Assembly (NCBI RefSeq): GCF_001194135.2
Contig: NC_068982.1
Location: 50,366,742-50,430,741 of the forward strand
Origin: Octopus bimaculoides
Taxonomy: Eukaryota
DNA: 64,000 bases
Reading direction: 5' to 3'
Of the stretch, positions 24,834 to 38,905 are shown piece after piece (the stretch's first letter is position 1; each line of letters starts with the position of its first letter). The translations under genes were made by a program, and so were the position numbers. The notes below the pieces were generated by a model that was given only the letters and a program-made list of their open reading frames with translations, was not told the origin of the DNA and did not search any database.

Positions 24834-25273
24834 TATACACATAAATGTGTGTGTATGTCTCAGTTTCTCAAGTTATATGTATTTGTGTGTTACTATACAC
24901 ATTAGATGCTCTGTAGCAATGAATCACCAACTTCGCATGGTTAAACACCAGATCATGGATTGAAAGCTTTCCCTTCTGCATGTTTATGCGAACATAACTA
25001 CATTATATATTTCTCATTTTTTTTGTTTTCTGTTACTGCTGGTTTCAGTCATTCAAGGCTGGTAGTGCTGTGACAATGATATTGACACCCTAGTATTTTG
25101 TTTACTATTTACTTAATTGGCCTCAGAAGAGGACAAAATGCACAGTTGATCATATTCATAAAGAAAGGTGAACAAGTTGCATTGAAATGTATCAGGTATT
25201 TTCATTTGACACAACAATTTTTGCCATTGTACACATACACTCTCTCTCTCTCTTTCTCACACACACACATACG

Positions 25274-25307
<34 letters not shown>

Positions 25308-25324
25308 AACTTCACATACATTCA

Positions 25325-25535
25325 CACATGTCAGGCTTCACATACACACACACGTCAGGCTTCACATACACACACACGTCAGGCTTCACATACACACACA
25401 CGTCAGGCTTCACTTACACGCACGTCAGGCTTCACACACACGCACGTCAGGCTTCACACACGCATGCACATCAGGCTTCACGCGCACATACCAGGTTTCA
25501 TACACATACACACACGTCAGGCTTCATACACATAC
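25325..25535 (+). repeat. Minisatellite, about 9 units of 20-26 bp (CACACGTCAGGCTTCACATACACA)
   Basis: GTCAGGCTTCA-type cores at 25330, 25354, 25378, 25402, 25424, 25446, 25470, 25490 and 25516, embedded in (CA)n. Confidence 0.9.
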
Positions 25536-25989
25536 GTTGGATTTCTGCACTGTTCACTGTTTGAAGAACTGTGTCATGAGCTTCTTAGCCACAGCAGATG
25601 AAATGCATGAGGAGAAGATGCCAGTGTTGTTTTCTGGGAAATATTGATTTCAAATTTTGGCACAAGGCCAGCAATTCCAGTTCGATGTGGGTAACTCAAT
25701 TAAATGAACGCCAGTACTCAACTGGTACCTATTTTATTGACTCTGAAAGGATGAAAGGCAAAGTTCACCATGGCAGAATTTGAAATCAGAACATAACAAT
25801 GGATGAAATGCTACTAAACATTTTGCCAGGCATGCTAATGATTCTACCAGCTCACTGTCTTCTTTCTTTTTGGGAAATATTGATTGAAGAAAACTGTTAC
25901 AAATGAAATCTGATAGGTTAAACATCATCAACATTTTCATATCCAATTCTTCCCTGCTTGCATATTTTTCAGCTTTGTGTCTCAAAACT

Positions 25990-26170
25990 TTGTAAAGCAC
26001 CCACTACACTCTTGGAGTGGTTGGCGTTAGGAAGGGCATCCAGCTGTAGAAACATTGCCAGATTGGATTGGAGCTTGGTGCAGCTTTCTGGCTCGCCAGC
26101 CTTCAGTCAAACCGTCCAACCCATGCCAGCATGGAAAGCGGACATTAAACAATGATGATGATGATGTCAC
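25990..26170 (+). mobile_element. SINE/repeat family D with (GAT)n tail
   Basis: CACCCACTACACTC..GGAGTGGTTGGCGTTAGGAAGGGCATCCAGC...CCAACCCATGCCAGCATGGAAAGCGGACATTAAA(GAT)n. Further copies at about 5795-6000, 9800-9880, 17270-17460, 17950-18155, 19195-19425, 19978-20165, 20960-21170. Confidence 0.8.
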
Positions 26171-26420
26171 TTCATTTTTGCAGTTCAGCTTCCTGATATC
26201 AGATTTCATCATATCTTCTCTTGTCATCCTTGGGCTTCTTCTGCAGATTCCTTTCAATTGGATTATTCGACATACAAAAGCGCTTGAAATAGAGGAGGTA
26301 TGCATCTCACAATTTCAAGAAAAATAGTAGATGCTATCTCAGCAGTGGGTACAGTAGGTCAATAGACATGGCTGTGTGGTGAGAAGCTTGCTTCCCAACC
26401 TCATGGTTGTAGGCAAGTAA

Positions 26421-26475
26421 ACTAAGTGACAAATATGGAGGGTTTCTCTGCAGTGATACTGCTCATCAGTTTAGT
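26421..26475 (-). ncRNA. Degenerate hammerhead-like motif
   Basis: ACUAA-A CUGAUGA GCAG-uauca-CUGC aga GAAAC ccuccauauuu GUC^ ACUUAGU. There are 3 extra nt before GAAA and helix I is damaged. Confidence 0.5.
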
Positions 26476-27700
26476 GAAGCTGAGGGGAAGAGTGTCCTAA
26501 AAAGTTGGTGGACATCATTTTGTCAAGGAACCAAAGGGATCAGCTGCAGTTTGACATATGGGATAACTTGAGAGCTACAAGATGCTTGAAGCATTCATGC
26601 GCTGGATAAATGGCCTTACAAATGTTGCATTGTTGGGTAAACATCACCCCATTGTAGGGTGTGGATGAGTTTTGCCAGATGTTATAGGCTTTGGTTTTTT
26701 TTTGCTTGAACAGCCTCACCAAAACTGTAAGGGAACCTCCTTAGAACACTTACAACATTGAAGTTTTGCTGTGTGCAAGTCATAGACAGACAAACTTCAA
26801 AGGATGATTTTAATCAATCACCTAGTTGTTTTGGAGTTTGGATGGAAGCATATATGCTGTTAAAGTTGGTATCAAACTAGCAAAACTCCAATTATTCGAC
26901 TGACTTGAAGTACCATAGTTGGAGAAACTTTAAGGTTTTGTAGTTGCAATGAGGCAGTAGTAGTTGACTTGATAAGCGCAGAGATAGTTATAGTTTAGTA
27001 TTGATTAAGTTTGGAATTAAGAAAAAAAATTAAGGTTGTTTGGAGGTATGTGAGTTTTGCCCTAAAGTGTAAGTTGATGAGACAAGATGATGGAGAAAGT
27101 TAAAGATTGCAATAAATTTGGTTTCTGTTTGTGGCATCAGTGAAGAATGAGTGAGAGAGCTATGAGAAGTTGTGAATGTTTAAGACACTGGGAATGATGA
27201 TTCTACAAAAGGGTAGAGTAAGATATATGTTTTCAATGCTGGATGAGATGTAATCTAAGAGATGCTGGTGGGTCAAGAAGTTAGGAAGAATAGAAGTTAC
27301 AGATGTGTTTACGAGTAGGAGACTTTGATTCAAGGTAAGTGAAAGTCATTATTTATGATATCGAAACAACAGAGGTGACTAACAGGCCGAGTGGTATCTA
27401 TGTAAGTGCAGATGCCTGCCTTTCAAGGTGAAGTTAGAAGAGAGGGTGTAACCTAGGCAACTGTGATGAATTAAAAATCGGGATTAAGAGATTGATATCT
27501 CAGAGAGGAAGGAATACAATGTTTGGTCTGAGATGATGAGCAGCATCTGGATTGGAATGAATTCCATGGATATTGGAGAAGGAGGGGAGATTGTTTACTT
27601 CTGGTGTTTGGCATTTCAAGAAAAGAGTAGGGTGACAGTACATTGAAAGTTTATGGCACTGGTGCTTGTGAAAGCGAACACTTTGACATTTATGTTATAA
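26421..27700 (-). mobile_element. Highly decayed Penelope-like element (RT C-terminus, GIY-YIG, hammerhead)
   Basis: C/T-rich minus strand with stop-riddled fragments resembling YID, SQLL, NSIYA..PKQLG and KAYNIWQ..TPYNG in the expected order, ending at a hammerhead-like motif. Confidence 0.4.
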
Positions 27701-29230
27701 ATTCAATGTTTATTATATTAAAAAATAATCCATTTTAAGTTCATTCTTACGTGATGTATACATGTTTTTCACTAGACATCATGTATAATTGTGATTCATT
27801 TTTATTGCCATATCCTATTCTTATTTTGTTCATTCCTTAATCACCTATAAATTTTCTCTCTTGCTACCACCTATCAACAAAGACAGTTATTTTATATCAA
27901 TTCTTGCTGTTCTTTTCTGTGTACGTACACTGCTAGACTGTTGTTTTTTTCTTTGGAAAACATTTTGTTCTTGAATTTTCTTTTAGATCTCAAGTTTGAC
28001 TTTAATATTTAGATATATAGAGAAAAGCTTTTATCATTTCAAGACTGTTTTGGCAAACAGTCCAGAGAAAAATATTCAACTTTTGCCCTTAAGTATTTAA
28101 GGATAATACTCTCTTCATGAAACTTTATTTCATGTGATTGTTATTTAATCTTGTTTTCCAAATCTCTTTAATGTATAAAAATTTCATGTCTATCATCTAC
28201 ACAGATATGTCAATCTGTCTGAACTTCAAAGTGTTTCATATATATTTATATATATTCATTCATATTATGATTTGGCGACTAAATTCTTCAAAATTGGACA
28301 TCTAACATGAAAGAGTTTGTTCAGATTGTTTGTGATTCTGGTCACAACCTTTATTGATTTTTATCTCAAAAATACAGACAAGAATCTACTAGAATAACAT
28401 TAATCTACCAGAATAACATCTTACCTTCTGAATTCAGTCAAATTCCTCATTCATTCATCTACTGATCATTTTAGTGAAATACACTGTTCTTTTTTGACAG
28501 TGAAGATGTTTACATGTTTTACACCATGTTATTTACTGAATTTAATGTGAACTATAAAGTGTAGAAGTTTCAGTAATGTTGTTATTTTCCGTATTTTATT
28601 AGTTATTAATCCGTTACAAATTCCTTATTTATCTTCAAAGTTTGTTTATTATATTATGTTAACTTATTACATTATACTTCTAAGCAAGGTAAATAACTCC
28701 TGCATACATTTGATTTCCTGACTAACAAGTTGAACTTAGCATTTTTGAGATATTTGGGAAATTGATTAGTGGTTAGAATAGTTATCCTATCAATCAATAA
28801 ATAAATAAAATAAAATTAATTGCTCCAACAATATTTTAGGCTCACAAATATTTAAAATCAATTCCAGTCATGTCTTGATTAAGTTACTCCCAGTACTTAC
28901 CTAGTAGTTTATTGTCTCCAGAAAGATGAAGAGCAGAGTTGACTGACATTGGTAGCATTAAAAATAAGAATGTAATTCCACTATACAATCTAATGCTACA
29001 GGATATTTTGTCTTGTACTTTACAATTCTGATGATAATAATGATTTCAAATTTTGGCACAAGGTCTGCAATTCTGGGAGAAGGGGTAACTCACATTTGAC
29101 CCTGAAAGGATGAAAGGCAAAGTTGACCTTAGCAGAATTTGAACTCAGAACGTAAAGATGGATGAAATGCTACTAAGCATTTTGCCTGATGTGCTAACAT
29201 TTCTACCAGCTAGCTGCCTTAAATAATAAC

Positions 29231-29263
<33 letters not shown>

Positions 29264-29269
29264 CATTTT

Positions 29270-29660
29270 TAAGCCTAGTACTTATTCTATCAGTCTGTTT
29301 GGCTGAACTGCTAAGTTACAGGGACGTAAGCACACCTACATTGGTTGTCAGGTGATGTGGGGGGACAAATAGAGATACAAAGACACACTCATACACACAC
29401 ACACACACACAACAGGCTTTTTTCAGTTTCTGTTTATCAGATCCACTCACAAGGTTTATAGTAGAAGACCCTTGCCCAAAGTGCCATCCATTGGGACTGA
29501 ACCCAGAACCATGTAGTTAGGAAACAAGCTTACACACGGTGGGTTTCTTTCAGTTTCCATCTACCAAATTTACTCACAAGGCTTTTTAGTCAGCACTGGG
29601 TGTAGTAAAATAAAACTTGCTCAAGAATCCATACTGCAAAGTGAACTTCTTACCACACAG
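29270..29660 (-). mobile_element. SINE family A with a partial internal duplication
   Basis: Homologous to 7850-8267. Confidence 0.75.
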
Positions 29661-30424
29661 CCACACCTGAGCCTAAGTGATGATAATGATTTAATAAAAA
29701 AACTGAAAAAAAAACAAAAAAACTATGAATAACTGGAAACTTTTATGGGTGTAACAAATTAAAGTCACCTAAACATCAAGTTTTCAGCAACACACACACA
29801 AACTCATATATAAACACACACACACACACATACACGCACGAGCATGTTCGTGAATCTCAGCACAAATTTCTTGTCTATTTAATAATGAGACATTGTAATA
29901 GAAGTGTTATCATATATGCTATTGATTTCCATGACATATTTAAAATTTCTACCCTGGAAATGATACAGGAAGACATATCTATACACAAGAGAGATTCTCC
30001 CTGAAGCCAAGAAACCAAATCAGTGTCAATTGGCAATATATAATGTTGATGAAGCTTTTATATTTCTGTTCCATTAAATTATACTAAAATATATCATCTC
30101 ACTCAGAAACTGTAACTGAGTAAACCTTATTCTAAGACTTTATATTGAGTTAGCTATTGTAATTCATTTTCAATATTCTTCTCCATTCGGCAATTATTAC
30201 TTCTTCCGCCTTCTCCCACTCCTGTTTCTTCTTTCTTGTTGTATTGTTCTGTTTTTGTAGCCACAATTTTATTTTTCATGCCTTCATTTCTTATTATATT
30301 TTTGTTCTCATATTTCATTTTCTTTCCTGATTGATAATTTCTTGCCTGATTCAAGCTGTTTGTTTGTTTGTTTGTTGTAATGGTGCATATTTATGGGTGA
30401 GTCATTTTCAAATATCTCAATGAA

Positions 30425-31365
<941 letters not shown>

Positions 31366-32659
31366 AATGATTACACTCACAGTCCCCCAACAGAAACAAT
31401 TATTATTTTTTTTATTTTGAATACTTTTCTCAGCTAAACATTTTGCAACATATTTTACTTTCTATTAATAATTTTTCATGTAATCATAAAAGAAAAATTA
31501 AAAAAACAAACATAAAAACATACCTATCTGGGGCTACATTTTAGAAAGTCTTCTGTTTATTACGAAAATAGAAATATGATGAAAGCGAGACAGCTTTGGC
31601 AGATAGAAGCTTTAGCATTTGAGAAAAAAATGCAGGAATGACTTTATTTACTCAAACATTGCAACCATGTTGTGTCTTCTTTCTATCAATGTTTGCTACC
31701 TAATCCCTCAGATTAGCAATATAAACTCTTCTTTTGTCAGTGATTTCAGCAATCTATGCAAACGTTTTTTTTCTTTCTTTTTTTGTTTATTTTGTTCAGG
31801 TACAAAATAAAAACCTATTTTATTGTGCATGAACCAAAAAAATATGTTCAGGTACTCAAAATAAATTTTTGTAATATATGAACATTTATATTGTAGATAC
31901 AAGAAAATTTGTTTATGTTCAGTTCTGTTTTAGCCAATGTTTGTATATTTATATATATATTTCTTCAGTTTTCAATATTTCTGTAGAATTTCCTTGCCTA
32001 TGTTGTACTACAGTAAAAATCTTTTTACTACCATTTGCCCTGGCCATGTTCATAAGTTAGGATTTGGTATGTGAGAAATTTAAAAGTTAGACATTATATA
32101 CCAGAAACCAATGTTAAAAGGGAAGGAACAAAATAAAAGTTTTTAAGGAATCCTCCATTTACATCAGTAAACTAATTTATTGTTTAGCCTCTGTACAGTA
32201 ACAATGATTTAGAATCTTATATTGATTGAATAGTATTTTGACCAACCAAAATCTAAGTTCTAAATTTTGATTACTGAAAAGAAATCTAATAGCAAGGCAG
32301 CTGGATAGATAGTGAGTTCTGTGATGTGAGGAATGCAGGGCTGTGAATGCATCTAATAAATGTATTCTCAGCTGGAAGAGCAGCCACAAATTCTCTAAAT
32401 GTATCTTTGCCAAGAATTTGAAGCAATTCGCCTGCACAATGCTTTGTTTTGTAAAGTTCCTGGAGTGAGTAACATGTTATATAGTTCTGAGATGTGTTTA
32501 CATTGTTATATACTGGAGCAGTATTTAGATGTTTACAAAAGGATTTATTAAGAATTATTACCCTATCACAGTTGTATCATACCAAACATTATTACACACT
32601 ACACCAATAATAAATAGCTGGAGTTATACTCTTAGAGAATAAAAACTAGTAAACTTTAA

Positions 32660-32879
32660 TCCTATAGCATTTAATCTGGCCATATTCAACCCAAATATTC
32701 TATCTGATTTATGTTCAAACCAACTGGCTTTGGCCTCTCACACCATCTCTATAATGTCATATTAAAACTAAACAATTACATCCTTGGAATCTTGAAGTTC
32801 CAAGATAATGCAAGATTAATTCAAAACAATGTGAATAAATAATCATTACATTTGATAGAGTAATCTGAATGCTAAAGGA
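32660..32879. mobile_element. piggyBac-type MITE, same family, opposite orientation to 47238
   Basis: TTAA|TCCTATAGCATT ... AATGCTAAAGGA|TTAA. Body matches the other copies. Confidence 0.7.
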
Positions 32880-35800
32880 TTAATGTTGCTCTACGACAAT
32901 TTTAGGCTCAGTTGTAGAATGAAATGCACACAATTTACTGTTTTTATTTTTCTGTAGTCTAATTGTTAAGTTTTCAACACGTTTTCAAGAATTGACCAAT
33001 CCTCCTCCTCCTCATCATCATCATCATCTTCTTCTTCTCAACAAATTCCATCCAATCCGTGGGTGTGTGTGTGTGTGCATGGGTAAAGTAGATATTAAAA
33101 TAAGGATTTCTAACAATGACCAACCCATACTTTTACTCAGGTATCATGTACCTGAGACTTCATTATTCATTTTGCCCTCTACTTTTCAAGATGGTTCTGT
33201 GTAATTTGAGGGTGATTTGACTACTATTTCTCAGAGCTTCAGCCACATTGAAACTTCCACATTAGCTTGTGTTATTGTTTCTATAGTTCGTTCATTTTAT
33301 ATGGACCATAACTCGCCTTTATTATAAGTATACCATTAAGATAGGTGATAGATTGAGAAATATAAATCAAATGCTGCTTTTCTGTTTGGAAATAGAACTT
33401 AGCAAATGGAACTTCTATTTTAATATCGTATTTAACCTTAGGACAAGATCATATCATAAAACTATGATAACTAATAACTAGATGACTCTTCTGATTGTAA
33501 TTTTCTGTGCCCCCTTTGTTTCTGGAACATCATTTAGTAGGAAAGCTCTCTATCAAATTGAATTATGTTCAAAGTAGATGTGAGTATAGATTGCATAGAC
33601 TTGTAATGCTAAATATCTGAAGAGGATGTTTCATTAGGGAATACAGTCCAATGAAATAAAAATAGTTGTTAGATTACAGTTTTAATGGCATACCTATCAG
33701 AAAATGTTGTCATGGAAATTACTTAGATGAAGTTGCTGTATGGAGATAGATTCAGGCTTTAGATTTTTGCCTTCTGTTTACTGGAAATATTCCGTGGTTG
33801 TATAATTACAAATGACATATCATTTGGGGTTGTCTAATTTTAGTAAATAAAAGCCCTTTTAGCAAAAGCACTCTATTCTATTAGTCTATATTTTGAGATA
33901 GACAGGTTAGGAAAGGCTGCTCAAGCCTAGATATATTCACACTGCAACCTTATCAGAGAAAGAAAAAAAGAAAAAGTTGGCAGAAGTTATTCTAACTCCT
34001 CTTTTACTGTCAGTTCCATTTCAGTTTTCACTGTACTTTTCAATAAGTAAAAACACCCTTATAACTACTTTAAGGAAAATGTGAAAAATTACTGTTTATC
34101 TCAAACATTTTCAATCCTCCTCCTCATTGTATTTTTTTTTTTTTGTGTTCATTTTTCCATGTTGGTAAGGATTGGACAAGACTCTTTGCAAGCTGTGTTT
34201 TATAGCTAGCTGCCCTTTCTGATGCTAACAATTTTAGTCACCTCTTCAAACACAAGGAGACAGTGTATTTATTCTAAAAACTAGGATTTACACACTGCAA
34301 CTGGGAAGTGTTTACAGTACCGAGCCCTCTCAAACAGTCCCTCACCTAAACATCAATGTTGTTTAACATTAGTGATCAGATAAGTTTCTCATGGTATCTT
34401 CTTTTATCATTTATTTATTTCAATCACTGAACTGCATCCTTGCTGGGATGCTGCCCTAAAGGGTTTTGGTCAAGCAAATCAACCACAGTACTAAACTTTT
34501 TAAGTCCAGCAGTTATTTTATCAGTCTCCATTGCCAAACTGTTAAGCTATGGTGATCTACACAAACCAACACCAGTTGTCAAGCAGTTGGTTCATGGGGG
34601 GAACAGGGACAACACACACACACACACACATGAAAGACTTCTGCACAGTTTCCACCTACCAGTTTCACTTTGAAAACTTCATGCTTTTTTCAAAAACAAA
34701 TTCTTCAGTTCTACTTTTACATCAGTTTGTCTGCCACATGTTACTTTAGCTCTTTTCAAACATCACATTCTACCTTAAAACCATCTCTCTTCTCTTAAAA
34801 TGTGTTTGAGTGCTTTCAGAAATTTTCCATTTCTGGTGCTTCTTTCACTGAAAAAATTTCGGTGATTAACAGATTACCAAACTATATCACTGAGCAGATG
34901 GGAGCTTCCGCATTCGCTTGACATGTTAGAAATAGCAGCTAAATATTTTATAAGTCACACACACAAGGAAAAAGGACATATAAGCTATGCAACTTCTGAG
35001 AAAAGAAAACAAAAAGTTGAGTGGGGATATTCACAGCTAGAACATCATAGATTTTAAAAATCTGATTAATTTTTACTGTATTCCAATTTCAAGTCTGTTT
35101 AGTACTATTGCAGCAGGTTGTTATCTCCCTTATCTTACCTGTTTCATTGTCAGGTAAAAGTGTGTTCAATTATTAACACAACACTATAATGTTAGTAGTG
35201 AAATAGAAACTCACAACACTTTGAGTGGAGAAGCCAATATCTTATGATTATCTATTTTTACGCTAAACGTTGTATTACAGGAATGGATGAAACAAAATTA
35301 ATTACTCTTCTAGTTAATACAATATTTAATCAATTTATTCATGCACTATATTAGTATGTGTGCATATATGTGTGCGTGTGTATATATATATATATATATN
35401 NNNNNNNNNNNNNNNNNNNNNNNNNNNNNNNNNNNNNNNNNNNNNNNNNNNNNNNNNNNNNNNNNNNNNNNNNNNNNNNNNNNNNNNNNNNNNNNNNNNN
35501 NNNNNNNNNNNNNNNNNNNNNNNNNNNNNNNNNNNNNNNNNNNNNNNNNNNNNNNNNNNNNNNNNATATATATCTTTTATCTTTTACTTGTTTCAGTCAT
35601 TAGACTGCAGCCATGCTGGAGTAACCCTTTAACCCTTTGAAGAATTTTTAGTCAGATGAATTAACACCCATGACTTCTTTTATGCTTGGTACATATTCTA
35701 TCAGTGTCTTTTGCCAAACCATTAAGTTATGGGGATGCAAACTCACCAGTTGTCAAGCAGTGGTGGGGAGACAAACAGATACACACACATACATATATAT

Positions 35801-35926
35801 ATATATATATGTGTGTGTATATAAGACATTTGCCCAAAGTGCCACACAGTGGGACTGAATCCAGAACCATGTGGTTATGAAGCAAGCTTCTTACCATACA
35901 CCCACACCTGTGTCTCTGTTTCTGTT

Positions 35927-36027
<101 letters not shown>

Positions 36028-36865
36028 NNNNNNNNNNNNNNNNNNNNNNNNNNNNNNNNNNNNNNNNNNNNNNNNNNNNNNNNNNNNNNNNNNNNNNNNN
36101 NNNNNNNNNNNNNNNNNNNNNNNNNNNNNNNNNNNNNNNNNNNNNNNNNNNNNNNNNNNNNNNNNNNNNNNNNNNNNNNNNNNNNNNNNNNNNNNNNNNN
36201 NNNNNNNNNNNNNNNNNNNNNNNNNNNNNNNNNNNNNNNNNNNNNNNNNNNNNNNNNNNNNNNNNNNNNNNNNNNNNNNNNNNNNNNNNNNNNNNNNNNN
36301 NNNNNNNNNNNNNNNNNNNNNNNNNNNNNNNNNNNNNNNNNNNNNNNNNNNNNNNNNNNNNNNNNNNNNNNNNNNNNNNNNNNNNNNNNNNNNNNNNNNN
36401 NNNNNNNNNNNNNNNNNNNNNNNNNNNNNNNNNNNNNNNNNNNNNNNNNNNNNNNNNNNNNNNNNNNNNNNNNNNNNNNNNNNNNNNNNNNNNNNNNNNN
36501 NNNNNNNNNNNNNNNNNNNNNNNNNNNNNNNNNNNNNNNNNNNNNNNNNNNNNNNNNNNNNNNNNNNNNNNNNNNNNNNNNNNNNNNNNNNNNNNNNNNN
36601 NNNNNNNNNNNNNNNNNNNNNNNNNNNNNNNNNNNNNNNNNNNNNNNNNNNNNNNNNNNNNNNNNNNNNNNNNNNNNNNNNNNNNNNNNNNNNNNNNNNN
36701 NNNNNNNNNNNNNNNNNNNNNNNNNNNNNNNNNNNNNNNNNNNNNNNNNNNNNNNNNNNNNNNNNNNNNNNNNNNNNNNNNNNNNNNNNNNNNNNNNNNN
36801 NNNNNNNNNNNNNNNNNNNNNNNNNNNNNNNNNNNNNNNNNNNNNNNNNNNNNNNNNNNNNNNNN

Positions 36866-37063
36866 TTTACTGCCCACGAGGGGCTACACACAGAGGGGAT
36901 AAACAAGGACAGACAAACGGATTAAGTCGATTATATCAACCCCAGTGCATAACTGGTACTTATTTAATTGACCCCAAAAGAATGAAAGGCAAAGTCGACC
37001 TCGGCGGAATTTGAACTGCTAAGCATTTCGCCCGGTGTGCTAACATTTCTGCCAGCTCACCAC
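36866..37063 (-). mobile_element. SINE family C, well-preserved copy
   Basis: GGTGAGCTGGCAGAA...GTTCAAATTCCGCCGAGGTCGACTTTGCCTTTCATT...AAGTACCAG. Further copies at about 2036-2245, 3880-4085, 25650-25855, 29040-29220, 37995-38255, 44380-44760, 46325-46475, 53745-53920, 54540-54750, 61975-62115. Confidence 0.85.
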
Positions 37064-37329
37064 CCAAGTTTCTGTCAACTTTTTGGCTTATTTCTGTTTC
37101 TGTCAACTAAATACACTCACAGAGCTTTGATTGGCCTAAGGCTCTAGTAAAAGACACTTGCCCAGGGTGTCACACAGTGGGACAGAATGTGAAAACCATG
37201 TTATTTGGGAAGCTGCTGTTGGCATTGCCTTTCATTTTCTGAAGGTGTGTGGTTCAATTAAGTTGCATACCATTAAAGTATTTGGTACCAATGGTGCTCT
37301 GTCCAACACTAATAATAGATTGTAGATAA

Positions 37330-37946
37330 CCATTTAGCATGTTAACTGGTCACATCTGACCCAAATATTCTACTTGTTTTATGTTCAAACCAGTGGAGGC
37401 GCAATGGCCCAGTGGTTAGGGCAGCGGACTCGCGGTCATAGGATTGCGGTTTCGATTCCCAGACCGGACGTTGTGAGTGTTTATTGAGTGAAAACACCTA
37501 AAGCTCCACGAGGCTCTGGCAGGGGATGGTGGCGAACCCTGCTGTACTCTTTCACCTCAACTTTCTCACTCTTACTTCCTGTTTCTGTTGTGCCTGTAAT
37601 TCAAAGGGTCAACCTTGTCACACTGTGTCACGCTGAATATCCCCGAGAACTATGTTAAGGGTACACGTGTCTGTGGAGTGCTCAGCCACTTGCACGTTAA
37701 TTTCACGAGCAGGTTGTTCCGTTGATGGGATCAACTGGAACCCTCGACGTCGTAAGCGATGGAGTGCCAACAACAACGTATGTTCAAACCAGCCAGATCC
37801 AGCTTCTCACACCTGCTCTACAGTGTCATTCTACAAACAAAGAGTAACATCATGAAAATCTTGAAGCTATGAGATAATACATGATTAATTCAAAACAATG
37901 TGAATTAATTAGCATTACATTTGGCAGTAATTTGAATGCTAAAGGT
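37330..37946. mobile_element. piggyBac-type MITE interrupted by a SINE
   Basis: CCATTTAGCAT ... AATGCTAAAGGT|TTAA with a SINE inserted at 37394-37778. Confidence 0.7.
37394..37778 (+). mobile_element. Young full-length tRNA-derived SINE (family B)
   Basis: A box (TGGCCCAGTGG) and B box (GGTTTCGATTCC), CpGs retained, (CAA)n tail, 14-bp TSD TATGTTCAAACCAG (37380-93 / 37779-92). Confidence 0.9.
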
Positions 37947-38514
37947 TTAAAGGGTTAATTTACTTAAAATAGTTTGCAATATTTAATGTTGTGTCAGGTG
38001 GTGAGCTGGCAGAATTGTTAGCATTTTGTCTGTCTTTCATATTCCGAGTTCAAATTCCACTATGGTCAACCTTACCATTCATTCTTTCATGGTTGATAAA
38101 ATGAATACTAGCTGAGCACTGGGGTTGAAGTAATTAACTTACCCACTCCCACCAAACTTAATATTCAATTTTACAGTTCTTGATGTTCTGAGTTCAAATC
38201 CAGCCAATGTTCACTTTGTCTTTCATTCTTTTGGGCTTGATAAAACAAAGTACCATTCACAAATAGGATGCATTACAGGGACTATGGCCAATTTATATCC
38301 CAATAATACATCCTGGATGTAAATGGAATTACACTTTTCATTTCCATATCTCTCTATTTCTCTCTCTCCATTTTATTCTCAACTCCATTAATTATTTATT
38401 TGGCTGCATCTTTATCATCATCAACATCAATATCCTCATCATCATCGTCATCATTCACACAGTGATACTAACTTCTTTTTGATCACTACCAATTCTTAAT
38501 TCACTTTATCATTT

Positions 38515-38905
38515 ACTTGTTCCTGTCATTTTGGCAGCAGACATACTGAGGCACCACTTTGAAGAATTTTAGTCAAAGTGACCCCACCACTTACTTTTTT
38601 TTTAAGCCTGGTACCTATTCTATTAATCTCTTACGTTGAACTGCTAAGTTACAGGGATGTAAACACAGCAGCACCAGTTGTCAAGTGGTGGTGATGGTGG
38701 GGGACAGACACACACATATGTGTATATATATATTTATATACATACATACACAACAGGCTTCTTTTGGTTTCCATCTACCAAATCCACTTACAAGGCTTTT
38801 GGTCAGTCCAGGACTATAGAAAATACTTGTCCAAGATGCCACACAGTGAGACTGAACTTGGAACCATGTGGTTAGGAAGCAAGTTTCTTACCACACAGCT
38901 ACCTT
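38515..38905 (-). mobile_element. SINE family A (further - copies at 34420-34670, 35575-35905, 43555-43905; + copies at 18260-18430, 48985-49235)
   Basis: Homologous to 7850-8267. Confidence 0.8.

Noticed and set aside
25325-25535. Regularly spaced repeat that could suggest CRISPR
   Set aside because: Eukaryotic DNA, spacers are simple CA runs rather than unique sequences, and there are no cas genes.
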